DNA of 63,841 nucleotides, filler included, from Octopus bimaculoides (taxonomy: Eukaryota), in assembly GCF_001194135.2 (NCBI RefSeq). It is 4 parts of 3 records of this genome, joined end to end, with 100 filler letters (N's around TTAATTAATTAA, not from the genome) between each part and the next. Parts side by side here need not be neighbours in the genome. Positions count along the whole stretch, not along the records: positions 29,071 to 57,656 come from NC_068981.1; positions 57,757 to 61,714 come from NC_068981.1; positions 61,815 to 63,841 come from NC_068992.1; 1 more part is not named here. One strand, written 5' to 3'. The position numbers and the translations under genes are program-made. Shown here in pieces: positions 51,305-63,841 of this stretch (position 1 is its first letter; each line of letters opens with the position of its first letter). The notes below the pieces were generated by a model. It was given only the letters and a program-made list of their open reading frames with translations, was not told the origin of the DNA and made no database searches.

Positions 51305-51809
51305 NNNNNNNNNNNNNNNNNNNNNNNNNNNNNNNNNNNNNNNNNNNNNNNNNNNNNNNNNNNNNNNNNNNNNNNNNNNNNNNNNNNNNNNNNNNNNNNN
51401 NNNNNNNNNNNNNNNNNNNNNNNNNNNNNNNNNNNNNNNNNNNNNNNNNNNNNNNNNNNNNNNNNNNNNNNNNNNNNNNNNNNNNNNNNNNNNNNNNNNN
51501 NNNNNNNNNNNNNNNNNNNNNNNNNNNNNNNNNNNNNNNNNNNNNNNNNNNNNNNNNNNNNNNNNNNNNNNNNNNNNNNNNNNNNNNNNNNNNNNNNNNN
51601 NNNNNNNNNNNNNNNNNNNNNNNNNNNNNNNNNNNNNNNNNNNNNNNNNNNNNNNNNNNNNNNNNNNNNNNNNNNNNNNNNNNNNNNNNNNNNNNNNNNN
51701 NNNNNNNNNNNNNNNNNNNNNNNNNNNNNNNNNNNNNNNNNNNNNNNNNNNNNNNNNNNNNNNNNNNNNNNNNNNNNNNNNNNNNNNNNNNNNNNNNNNN
51801 NNNNNNNNN

Positions 51810-51857
<48 letters not shown>

Positions 51858-52149
51858 CAAGTCCATATCTCCGATAGGTGTGTTCCGGTATGATATCGTA
51901 TATATATGTACGTATCTACTTATGTGCGTATGTAAATATGTATGTACCCATGCATATGTGTATGTGTGTGTGTGTGCGTGTATGCATGCTTTTGTGCATG
52001 TGTGCATGTGCGTGTGTGTGCATGTGTGCATGCGCGTGTGTGTGTGTGTGTGAATGTTGTCTTTCGCTCATTAATTGAGAATAAATTTTGACCGGCCACC
52101 TGTTTCGTAGCAAGGTTGTAAAGGGAAGCATCTTGCTTTGTTAATCCTC

Positions 52150-53030
52150 CTTTAAATCTTAAGATCTTGCAGATTTTTACAGTCCCAGATATGACTTTTG
52201 ACCAATTGGATGAAAACCGGGGGTAGCAGACGACAGATTGCTTGGGTACATATTCCGTGAACTAGAGAATACCAGTAACATTGACTGGAATAGTAGCTTC
52301 TTCTGGACCTGCAATAAATACTTCATATCTAAAGAAGGTTACGCCTTTGCTATCACTTCCAAAGAGCCTCCATCCTTCCATCTAACACAGATCCTGTCAG
52401 TGTCTCTGTTGATGAGGAATCCCAGGGGTCGTTAGTATTTTCTTAGTCCTGACGTTCAAGTTGCGTTTTACTTTAAAGTGTTCAGTGTAATATCCGAAAT
52501 GTTTGTTGTAGCATTAGCACTGCAAAAGCATTGCGGGATATGGTTTTAAGGAAAGCAGATAACTCTGTCTTCCATACCTTCCGGAGTTTGCTGAAGTGTT
52601 CTCTTGTTACTCTGGCTTTACTCACAGCACCAACAATTGAAATATTCTCATCGATTCCGAGAGCTGTAACATTCATCACTAGTGATCGGAGAGATTGAAA
52701 AGCCATTGGTTTCCTTGGTTGCTGGACAATCTTTCCGCGTTTAACTACTTATCCTAATCCAAATCTATTCCTATGTCTTGCGAGAATGTTATGACCAGTT
52801 CTAACAGTCTCTTGGTGTTGTGTATGTTACTTGAAAAGAGCTTAAGGTCATCAATAAAGGCGTGGGTGACATTAATTTTACATTCATCTGCGTTTTGTCA
52901 TATAGCTGACAAGAGGTTCATAGCTAGAACGAAACACATTACAAATAAGCTGTCATCTTGAAGCATGCCTGCCGATAGCCTAATTCTGTTTGTGTCTATA
53001 ATGATTGCAGTAGTTCTCATCAGACTTATG
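52150..53030 (-). mobile_element. Decayed R4/Dong-like LINE (RT core to C-terminus, internally deleted)
   Basis: Reads GMLQDDSLFVMCFVLAMNLLS...THAFIDDLKLFSSN...FSQDIG; ALGIDENISIVG...KVWKTELSAFLKTISRNAFAV; terminal ISGTVKICK. Confidence 0.9.
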
Positions 53031-53221
53031 TTATTGTTATTTTGTTAATGACATTAAATAAACCACCTATAGCAATTGAGAAATTTAAACCAAAAAAATG
53101 AGCTGAGAGAAATAACTCGGAGTGACCATTAGCATGTATTTGAATAACATAGACTAATACAGGTATATAAAATACTATACAACATAAATTCTCGATTTAT
53201 TAAAATTGTCTATTTCTAGAG

Positions 53222-53482
53222 CAGTTGTTCTCGACTATTTTTTTTTACCTGTGGAACCCTTTGACTCCTATTTTATCCGGACTGGGGTCCCCCATAACCA
53301 TCTGATGTCTAAAAATCCCGATTATATTTTTTATGATTAAATATTATTAGGGGTTGTATGAAAAATTGTTTAAATATTTTGTGTAGTGCAGAAAAGTAAC
53401 CAATTCATTGTGCATAAATTTTAACAACAAAATCTTATACAGATCCCCCGATGGTCATATGGACCCCAGTTGAGAACCACTG
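53222..53482. mobile_element. hAT-Charlie-like MITE
   Basis: 15-bp TIRs CAGTTGTTCTCGACT / AGTTGAGAACCACTG. The left flank TTCTAGAG fits the Charlie target preference; the right 8-mer CACTACAG matches at 5 of 8 positions. Confidence 0.75.
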
Positions 53483-53809
53483 CACTACAGGATGTATCGT
53501 AATTACCAAATGGAAATTGGGACCAGCTCCACGTAAGAAGGAAGAGGACATGCTTATTGTCCGGAGATAAGCGGACACGTAGAGACACGTAGCTCAGTAA
53601 CCGCCATCAGCACGACAATTATCCGTCCTTATCTCCAGAAACCAAGGGATTTAGATTCATACAAGAAGAGTAGAATACATTTATGGCCAAAGTAATTTGC
53701 ATAATTTAAACAAAAACGTGCAGTTGGAACCTTGGCTTGGCGTAACGATTTTGTTATCTGTATGCAAGATAGTCATAACATATTTGTGTCATCTTGTATA
53801 CATAAAAGG

Positions 53810-54120
53810 AGCACTCCGTCGGTTACGACGACGAGGGTCCCAGCTGATACGATCAGCGGAACAGCTTGCTCATGAAATTAACGCGCAAGTGGCTGAGTGC
53901 TCCACAGACACGTGTACCCCTAACGTAGTTCTCAGGCAGACTCAGCGTGACAAGGCCGGCCCTTTGAAATGCAGGTACTACTCATTTTTGCCAGCTGAGT
54001 GGACTGGAGCAACGTGAAATAAAGTGTCTTGCTCAAGGACACAACGCGTCGCCGGGAATCAAACTCACGACTTTACGAACGTGAGACGAATGCCCTAACC
54101 ACTAAGCCACGCGCCTTCAC
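53810..54120 (-). mobile_element. SINE family B, complete
   Basis: On the minus strand: GGCGCGTGGCTTAGTGGTTAGGGCATTCG...GAGTTTGATTCCCGGC head, TGTCCTTGAGCAAGACACT core, and GTCGTAACCGACGGAGTGC end. Confidence 0.92.
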
Positions 54121-54459
54121 TCTTGTATACATACGCACTTAGGTATAATTACATTTAAATACGCATCTATATATAAACGTTTTAATTGACTAACGTAATA
54201 CAAATACTATACAAATGCGTATACACCCATTTATCCTCATTTATCCATATACAAGTACTCACATGCAGTTTTAGTATACAATAGGTATACGACTAACTCA
54301 GCTAATTAATTTCGATCCAATTAATTTTGATGCTACACCCCAAACCAGTTGCTATAATAAACTGTATTACCAGCAATACACTTGTATAAAGTATCTTATA
54401 TCAACCCGTGTGTGCGTGCGTGTGTGTATGTGTGTGTGCGTGTACATGTATAGGGAAGG

Positions 54460-54780
54460 TATGTGGCCAAATGGTTAGCATATTCCGCTTACGACTTTAA
54501 GTTCGTGAGTTCGCCACCCGGCGGTGCATTGTGTTCTTAAACAAGACACTTTATTCCACGTTGCTCCCATTCACTCAGCTGGCAAGAATGAGTAGTACCC
54601 GTATTTCAAAGGGCCAGCCTTGTCACAGCTTGTGTCACGCTGAATCTCTCCGATAACTATTTTAAGGATACTTGTGTCTGTAGAGTGCTCAACCACTTCT
54701 ACGTTAATTTCACGAGCAGGCTGTTCCGTTGATCGGACCAACTGGAACACTTGCCGTCGTAAACGACGGAGTGCCAGTGT
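54460..54780 (+). mobile_element. SINE family B
   Basis: Same head, core and end on the plus strand. Confidence 0.9.
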
Positions 54781-55049
54781 GTACATATTTCTGTACATAT
54801 TTTCAGTTGGTTTATCAATTAACAGCTGCATAACCTACAAAGTAAATTTTGTAATCTACTATTTTACATTCTTCTGTACTTTGTCATATAGCTTTACATT
54901 TCCACAGCAGGGCTGACAAGAGGTTCATAGCTTCAACGAAACACATTACGAATAAGCTGTCATCTCGAAGTATTCCTGTCGATAGCCTATAATCTACTTG
55001 TATAATCAATATAATCGGTAGCCTATAATCTAGTTGTATAATCTACTAT

Positions 55050-55232
55050 TTTATACTTGTTTCAGTCATTGGAGTGCGGCCATGCTGGAGCACCGTCTTG
55101 AAGGGTGTAATAGGACAAATCGACTTTTTTAAAGTCTGGTATTTATTCTATCGATAATTTTTGCCGAACCGCTAGGATATGGGATGTAAACGAATCAACA
55201 TCGGTTATCGAGCGATAGTAGAGGACAAGCAA

Positions 55233-55278
<46 letters not shown>

Positions 55279-55492
55279 GTATGTATTTGTGTGTCTGTGT
55301 TTGTCCCCCTACCATCGCTTGACAAACGATGTCGGTGTGTTTACGTCCGAGTAACTTAGCAGTTCGGCAAAACAGATCGATAGAATAAGTACTAGGCTTA
55401 CAAAGAAATAAGTCCTGGGATCGATTTGTTTAACTAAAGGCGGTGATCCAGCATGGCCGCAGTCAAATGACTAAAACAAGTAAAAGAGTAAA
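55050..55492. mobile_element. Two SINE family A 3' halves in inverted orientation around a (CA)n run
   Basis: 55050-55230 (minus) and 55290-55492 (plus). Confidence 0.88.
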
Positions 55493-55774
55493 TACAATTA
55501 TAAAAAATTAATTAAAACAATTATAATAATTTGTGTATTTTCGAGGTATAATCAGTTAATTGGACATAGATTTTAACATCAAAATCTTATATGGACCTCT
55601 AAGGGTCATGTGGACTCCGGTTGATATCACTGTATTAGAGCGTTGGGCAGAACGCTCACGGCATTTGTGCCAACTACTTGCGGTATGAGTTCAAAACCTG
55701 CTGACCTCAACCTTACCTTACCCTTTTGTGTCGAAAGAAAGAGACCTAATCTCGAGTAGTGGGTTGGCTACCAA

Positions 55775-56008
55775 GAGCAGAGATTGAAGTTTGCTGGCCA
55801 TTGCTGCAGAAGTAAAGAAGAACTTGTGAGTAATGTGTTGGTGTGGACACCAAATCATGGTACCACAGCGGCTGAGAGACCACGGAAGACAACAGCTTGC
55901 AGAAGATGTTGGATGTCAGGTTGAAGACCTAAAAACACTAATGGACGATCGGAAGGGATGGAGAGAGGCAGTTAGGCTGGCACGGGCAATCAGCCTGACT
56001 GGATGATG
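55775..56008 (+). mobile_element. RTE/RTEX-like LINE 3' end
   Basis: Reads QRLKFAGHCCRSKEELVSNVLVWTPNHG...ERPRKT/QLAEDVGCQVEDLKTLMDDRKGWREAV. Confidence 0.88.
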
Positions 56009-56404
56009 CCTCGATAAAAAAAAAAAGAAAAAAAAAGAAAAGAAAAGTGGCTTGGCTGGACTACAAGGAAGTCGAATCGGATGCCTTGTGGTATTTGTTC
56101 CCGCTTTTTACATTCTGATTTCCTATCCTTCCATGATCTACTTGGGTGGTAGACTTAATCTGTCTCTCTATTTAACATCGCTATCTGGTACTTAGGTACC
56201 TTTAATGGAATCCATCCCAGTTCAAGCATTCAGCTCAGATCTCTGGTTTGAGGATAATTTTGTCTCTCCTTCCCACTCGTTTCAGAGATCCTGTGAAGAA
56301 TCATGAGTACTAATTTTCGTTCTGTCGGAAAGATAGGCCCGTCCCTACAAAAACCTGCCTCTTTTCATGCATTTTTTGAAAAGACGAAAAAAAAAAAGAA
56401 AAAA

Positions 56405-56615
56405 AAGGCGGCGAGCTGGCAGAAGCGTTAGCACGCCGAGCGAAATGCTTATCAATATTTCATCTGTCTTTACGTTCTGAGTTCAAATTCCGCCGAGGTC
56501 GACTTTGCTTTTCGGGGTCGATAAATTAAGTACCAGTTTCATACTGGAATCGATCTAATCGACTGGCCCCCTCCCCAAAAACTTCGGGCCTTGTGCCTAG
56601 AGTAGAAAAGATTAT
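56405..56615 (+). mobile_element. SINE family C, young copy
   Basis: Runs from GGCGGCGAGCTGGCAGAAGCGTTAGCACGCCG to CCTTGTGCCTAGAGTAGAAAAGATTATT. Confidence 0.92.
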
Positions 56616-57018
56616 TTAAAAGAAAAAAATGTGCACGCCTTCTTGGGGAAGTTATTATTAACAACAGACCTTATCTTTTCTCTTCTAAATATGTCAAGTT
56701 TCATTCATATCTTTTACATAAAATTACTAGTCATTTGCTGCAGCATTGTAAATCATACAAAGTCAACGAAATAAGGTGAATATCCGTATTATACATACAA
56801 TCCTGATACTGTATACTAGTAATAAACCTTTTGTAGATTTATTGGTCTTGTCATAAAATTACTGGCATAACAACTTGACAGATATTTTTTGTAACATGTT
56901 AACGTGTTGCATAATAACTCTTACACACAGAGAGGAAGTGGACAAAATAATGGAAACACCTTGTTAAATGGAAGTTTTACTATTTAATACGAAGAGAGAG
57001 ATAGGGAGAGAAAGAGAG

Positions 57019-57071
<53 letters not shown>

Positions 57072-57084
57072 AAGAGAGATAGAG

Positions 57085-57190
<106 letters not shown>

Positions 57191-57656
57191 AGCTGGCAGA
57201 ATCGTTACTACGCTGGACAAAATGCTTAGCACTATTTCCGTTTTAACGTTCTGAATCCAAATTCAACGGAGATCGACTTTGCCTTTCATCTTAACGTTAT
57301 AGTTAATATCTAACTTGATTCACATCTCTTTCTCACAAGGATAAAATATGAATCTCCTAGATTCTATTCTTCTGCCATAACCTTTCTCAAGTTCATTGTA
57401 AATTTTGTTTATACTTCCAGCACTGAAGAGTGCATTGATATATATAATCAAATTAATTTGATTAATCTAATCTAATTCAAATCAATCACGAATTTGCATT
57501 ATTTTTATATCCCTGTACGAAACGATCGTCTGCATGAATTAAAATACTCATATATATTTTAACAACTTGTCTTCTCCATTTTTAACTATATTGATGAGTT
57601 TTATTGGACTTCTTCCCATAAATTCACCACACAGCATATATATATATATATATATA

Positions 57657-57756
57657 NNNNNNNNNNNNNNNNNNNNNNNNNNNNNNNNNNNNNNNNNNNN
57701 TTAATTAATTAANNNNNNNNNNNNNNNNNNNNNNNNNNNNNNNNNNNNNNNNNNNN
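57657..57756. other. Synthetic assembly spacer (44 N + TTAATTAATTAA + 44 N)
   Basis: Identical layout to 28971-29070. Confidence 0.9.
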
Positions 57757-57829
57757 ACATAATTGTTACATACACACATACGCATGCGGACCTTCTCTTG
57801 TTGCGATCACTAGCACTGTATTTTCTTCC

Positions 57830-60800
57830 TTTCATTCAACGTCTTGTTCCTATTATCTCCTTTTATTCCAACCTCTTTTCCCCAAACTATTCCCAATACT
57901 GGACTGCTCAAACTTACGAGTTTTTTTGCTTTTTTAAATCACTTTCTCTCTCTGTTTACTTTTTTATTGTTCCTTTCTGTTGTGGAGTGTGTAGGCTCGA
58001 AACGTAAATAATTTAAAACTTTTTTCACGAGCGCCAAACTAATGCACTTGCGTGATATTCATGGACCCGCCTACGCCTTTTATGTTTCTATAAATTTCAA
58101 CTATATATTATACGCTCATTTGGTTACTCCAGTTTGATCCTGACTGAACTTATTACTCTTTGGACTTGCATATCTGAAACACTTCCCGAACTTTCAGCAC
58201 TTCTAATCATCTACATACCAGCACTTCACTCGGATTACCAGTGGATTTACTGACTCTACTTTCACAGAGCTCACTGAATTTTTCCGTTGATATAAATCAC
58301 GCCAACCTACAACGACTTTTGAAGTTTGTCAACTTTTTTAAAATCTTTGAACTCCTGTACTACGTACGTTAATACTTTGCCGTTGGCTATCCTCTTTTAC
58401 TTTTTCTTTCTTATCCTTTTCTTTTTTCTTCTTCTCTTCTCTCTTTTTCTCTTTTTTTCCCTTTTTTTCTCCTTTTTGTTTTTTTTCCCTTTTTTCCCCT
58501 TTTTTGTCGTTTTTCCTGCGTGCCTAATTACAAATCCTTGCTGCTCCACCTTCACCACCGCCTAAAGAAACAACTTTCCACGCTTCCTTTCTGCTACTTT
58601 CCAAATTCTATAAATCTTCCTCTAATGATTTTCCAACAAACACGCTTCTGTACTCATGTTCCCTCTCTCAGTCGCTGCTTCGCTCCCATCTCATTCCCAG
58701 AGGTTTCCTCTTCCATTTATACCTCAATTCCATTCTGTCTCCGTCATCCGCCCCATACACCGCACCACTTCCTACCGTTTTACGTTTCGTTCTAATATCT
58801 CAAAAATACAAACACTCGACCGACTTCTCCCTCTTGCGTTTTCCACCTTTTTATGCTGCTGCTCACCAACAGTTGCACATTCCACCTTACGCTTCATACT
58901 CCATCTAAACCACATTTTCCACGACATTGTCACTCGCACTGAACAACATAATTTCCACTTACAGTTTCGTCCTGTCCCATCCGATGCCACTATAACCACT
59001 CCTCCCTCCCCAATGCACTTCCCCACATCCTCACTCCATATCTTCCATTAACCCAAGCCTCCAACGAAATACTTCCTCTCCCAGCTTTCCTCCCAGCTTC
59101 CCACCGACTCCAACAACCCTCCCACACTTAACACGTCCTTCTCCACACCATTTCTGCCTGTTGTTACAATTCATCCTCGTCTTCCCCTCCCTGAGGCGGA
59201 GTGCTCTCTTCACAGTAACAGTCTGCGTTTCATCCCGTTCACTACGTCCAGTAACGAGTTTCAGACCCTTATTGATATTCATAACTCTTTGTGCCGCGTC
59301 GGGCTACATGCACTATTTCACAACACTCCACCTGCATCTAATGAAGGGGATTGCTTCACCGACCAGTTCTAAGCAGTTAATGGTATCTTCTAGCATCTGC
59401 CAACGTTTTGTGGACGGATTCACAATTCGCAGGTGTCTCCTACATTCTATCATTTCTTCTGCAAAAATTTCGGCCCTTCGGCTTATCCGACATCACAAGG
59501 ATATCATCTTAAAACTGGCTGACAAGGGTGGAACTGCTGTGGTGTAGCATGCAGACCTTTTCAAGGCTGCAGCCCCCACTAACTTCGAGGCACATCCTTC
59601 TATTGCTCTGTGTCCTCAAACGACACGTATAACAACCAAAGGTTGTGTCCTCCAATATTCATGATCTCATTTCCTCCTCCTCTTTCCCTCTCACCGCCTC
59701 CAGCCTCTTTGTCCGAAATCCACGTACGCCCACTATTTACCTGGCCGACCCATCTATTTACTAGCAATTGCTCCACGGAAATGATCTCCAAACACCTGGA
59801 CCATGCTATTGCACCCTAATGGCTTCCCTCCCCTCCCTTCCCACATCCAAGGCACTAAACATTCTCTCATCTATTTAACTCCTTTTTCTTACTTTCTGGC
59901 CCCACTAAATTTCTCTTCATTCTTAATATCAAGATTTTATGTGCCGTGATCCTGCACACCGATGGAGTTCTCGCGCTGAAACACTTGCTGGACCTAAAAA
60001 TTGACCTCCTACGTGACACCTCCACACTACTTCGTTCGACTGAAATTGTTCTGTCCTTCAGTTGCTTCTCGCTTGCTGAGCATTTATGCCAACAGACCCT
60101 GGAGTGTCCAATAGAACGATAATGCTCCCCTACTATGCGAACCTATTCGTTAGCTACGTTGAGGCACAAATATTCTCACAATTCTCAGCTTCCCGTCATC
60201 AACTACACCCCTTCTACTCTTTTCATACAGTTCTTCCATCCTACCCCCTAATCTCCTACTGTATCTGTAACTCTTTCACCGAATTTCTCGATGTTTCCCT
60301 CAGAATACACTACTCCGCTCCCACTACCTCCATCCACAACAAAGACACTGACTTACACTCCAACCTTAATTTCTCCATACCAAGCTCTCCATCCCCTACT
60401 CCTAAATCCTCCGTCTCTGCAAGCTCTACAGTGGCTCCCATGACTTTGAGACTGAGTCCCAACTCATGGCTTCATCCTACGTGGATATATCCCCACCATA
60501 CCCACAGTGCCCTTGCCAGACCTAGATCTGAGAACCATGACTCTGCTCTTTCTCCTCGCACCCGCACCGCCGTTGCCTGTCTTCCCTTCCCCTCATTTAC
60601 CACTCCTCCAACCTGGCCCTCTAATGCACCATTCGCGAAGCCTTCCAACGACTCCAGTCGGTTCCCTCCAACTCGTACACAAACGAGCCCATAACCTGCG
60701 TGACCTCCTGGTCCACAGTTTCTTCCTAGCCTGGATCGTTCCCCTCCTCTCGCCCACGATGTCGTATCTGCTCCTAACTCTCCCGCACTACCATCCTCAC

Positions 60801-61095
60801 AGATACTCATCATCGTCCCAATCACGTCACCGACGTCTTTACCGCCACTTCTAGTAGCGAAAAATACTGCATCGCCAGCTCTCTTTGTCATTCTCTAAAC
60901 ATCGGGCAAACGGGCACTGCTTGGCTGACTGGTTCGCAGACCACTTTCGAGACATCAGGCCCGGCAATGAATGACACTCCAATCTCATGCTATATCCGCT
61001 CTAGCGTTCATTCGCCAGGAACAGGAATAAATCTTCTCTCTGCCCTCCTTTACGTCATATGGGCTCAACACATCTCCGTACTTCATCTGACACCA
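57830..61095 (+). mobile_element. Near full-length, heavily decayed Penelope-like element (RT + GIY-YIG endonuclease)
   Basis: Motifs appear in the expected order across frameshifts: DIILKLADKGGTAVV; PGRPI..SNCSTEMISKHLDHAIAP; LNIKILCAVILHTDGVLALKHLL; LLRSTEIVLSFSCFS; YYANLFVSYVEAQIF; FLDVSL..TSIHNKDTDLHS; ATSSSEKYCI..C..LNIGQTG...DWFADHFRDI. Confidence 0.88.
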
Positions 61096-61714
61096 TTTTG
61101 ACGCCCTCTCTTAGTTTGACACCAATCCCACATCATTCCACACACTAGCACTGACCACTTCCAGGACCCACACCACACACTATCTTCCACACACCCACGC
61201 AAATCTCTAAAAGCATCACCACACACACCACTATATGATCAGCCACACACACTCTATAACTCAGTAGACACACCACACATCATCATGCAGAGTTCCATCC
61301 CCACACAAGTATATAATACCTGAACGCAGACAACATACATAGACAATAACTTTCGCCCACATATATACACAATACACACACACACTCTTTGGTCAAAGAC
61401 ACACACACACACGCGTGTGCACACGACACGTAAAGCAGCTCACATCAACTGCTACGTACAACACGCACGGTACACGCTCACAAATGCCAGATAGACTCGC
61501 CCCTATTCACACTCAGGCATGTTACACACGTACACGCTCACACACATCAGATTGACTCGCCCTGTTCCCACTCACACACTTACACACTCACACACACCAT
61601 TCTCGCATACACACAAATACACGTGGACCATCTCTTGTTGGGGTCCCATGTACATTATTATTTCCCTTTTATTGAACCACTTTTTCTATTATTATTATCA
61701 CCCTTTCTTTCAAC

Positions 61715-61814
61715 NNNNNNNNNNNNNNNNNNNNNNNNNNNNNNNNNNNNNNNNNNNNTTAATTAATTAANNNNNNNNNNNNNNNNNNNNNNNNNNNNNN
61801 NNNNNNNNNNNNNN
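61715..61814. other. Synthetic assembly spacer (44 N + TTAATTAATTAA + 44 N)
   Basis: Identical layout to the other two spacers. Confidence 0.9.
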
Positions 61815-63426
<1,612 letters not shown>

Positions 63427-63841
63427 GCCAACCAGTTCACAGAGTGTACTGGGTGCATTTCTTACATTGAACTGGCAGCAGCAAGGTCACCAAGAAACTT
63501 GTAAGGCCCTTCGACGGAGGGGAGAATAGGATCAAGTTGTAGGTGGGTTTGTGCCAGGTGATGAGAGGTTAGAAGATGATCGAGGGACAGATATAGGTGT
63601 GATGCTGTAGTGGAGATGTTGGGATAGGAGAAAGGGGTGGCAGTATGTGAGAGGGAGATAGGGAGGGGAGAAGTTTGAGAGAAAAAGAGGGGATGAAATG
63701 TGAGAGGGGAGAGGGGGGAGAATAGGAGAGAACAAGAGGAAGGTGAAAAATGAAACAGAGACAGGAGAGAGAGGGAAAAAGAGAATGAGAGAGAGAGAGT
63801 GAGAGTGAGAGAGAAGAGATATGTATATATATACATATATA

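Noticed and set aside
60086-60891. 202-aa, 139-aa and 115-aa ORFs as host genes
   Set aside because: They are frameshifted segments or antisense shadows of the Penelope-like RT/endonuclease region.

Overview
This is eukaryotic, AT-rich, gap-riddled and repeat-saturated DNA. The three dominant tRNA-derived SINE families look like those of Octopus; the species assignment is inference, not a database result. I cannot support any intact protein-coding gene, functional tRNA or rRNA, or CRISPR array. Nearly all long ORFs in the supplied track are N-gap or microsatellite artefacts. What is present: dozens of SINEs; decayed non-LTR retrotransposons (RTE 3' ends, R4/Dong-like RT and restriction-like endonuclease, a CRE-like endonuclease end, a zinc-finger LINE tail); one near full-length decayed Penelope-like element; mariner, Tc1 and maT relics; several MITEs; and micro- and minisatellites. 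Three identical synthetic spacers (44 N + TTAATTAATTAA + 44 N) split the window into four pieces that were probably assembled separately, so adjacency across 28971-29070, 57657-57756 and 61715-61814 is not guaranteed. The best leads are: (i) a mirror-symmetric pair of five-copy SINE arrays (21.4-22.4 kb and 24.0-25.2 kb) that could fold a transcript into about 1 kb of dsRNA; (ii) a switch from CpG-eroded to CpG-retaining repeats near 29 kb, next to a candidate minus-strand promoter and first exon; (iii) a MITE enclosing a tRNA-like Pol III cassette; and (iv) several inverted duplications and hairpins. I found no evidence strong enough to claim a new biological system; these are hypotheses.
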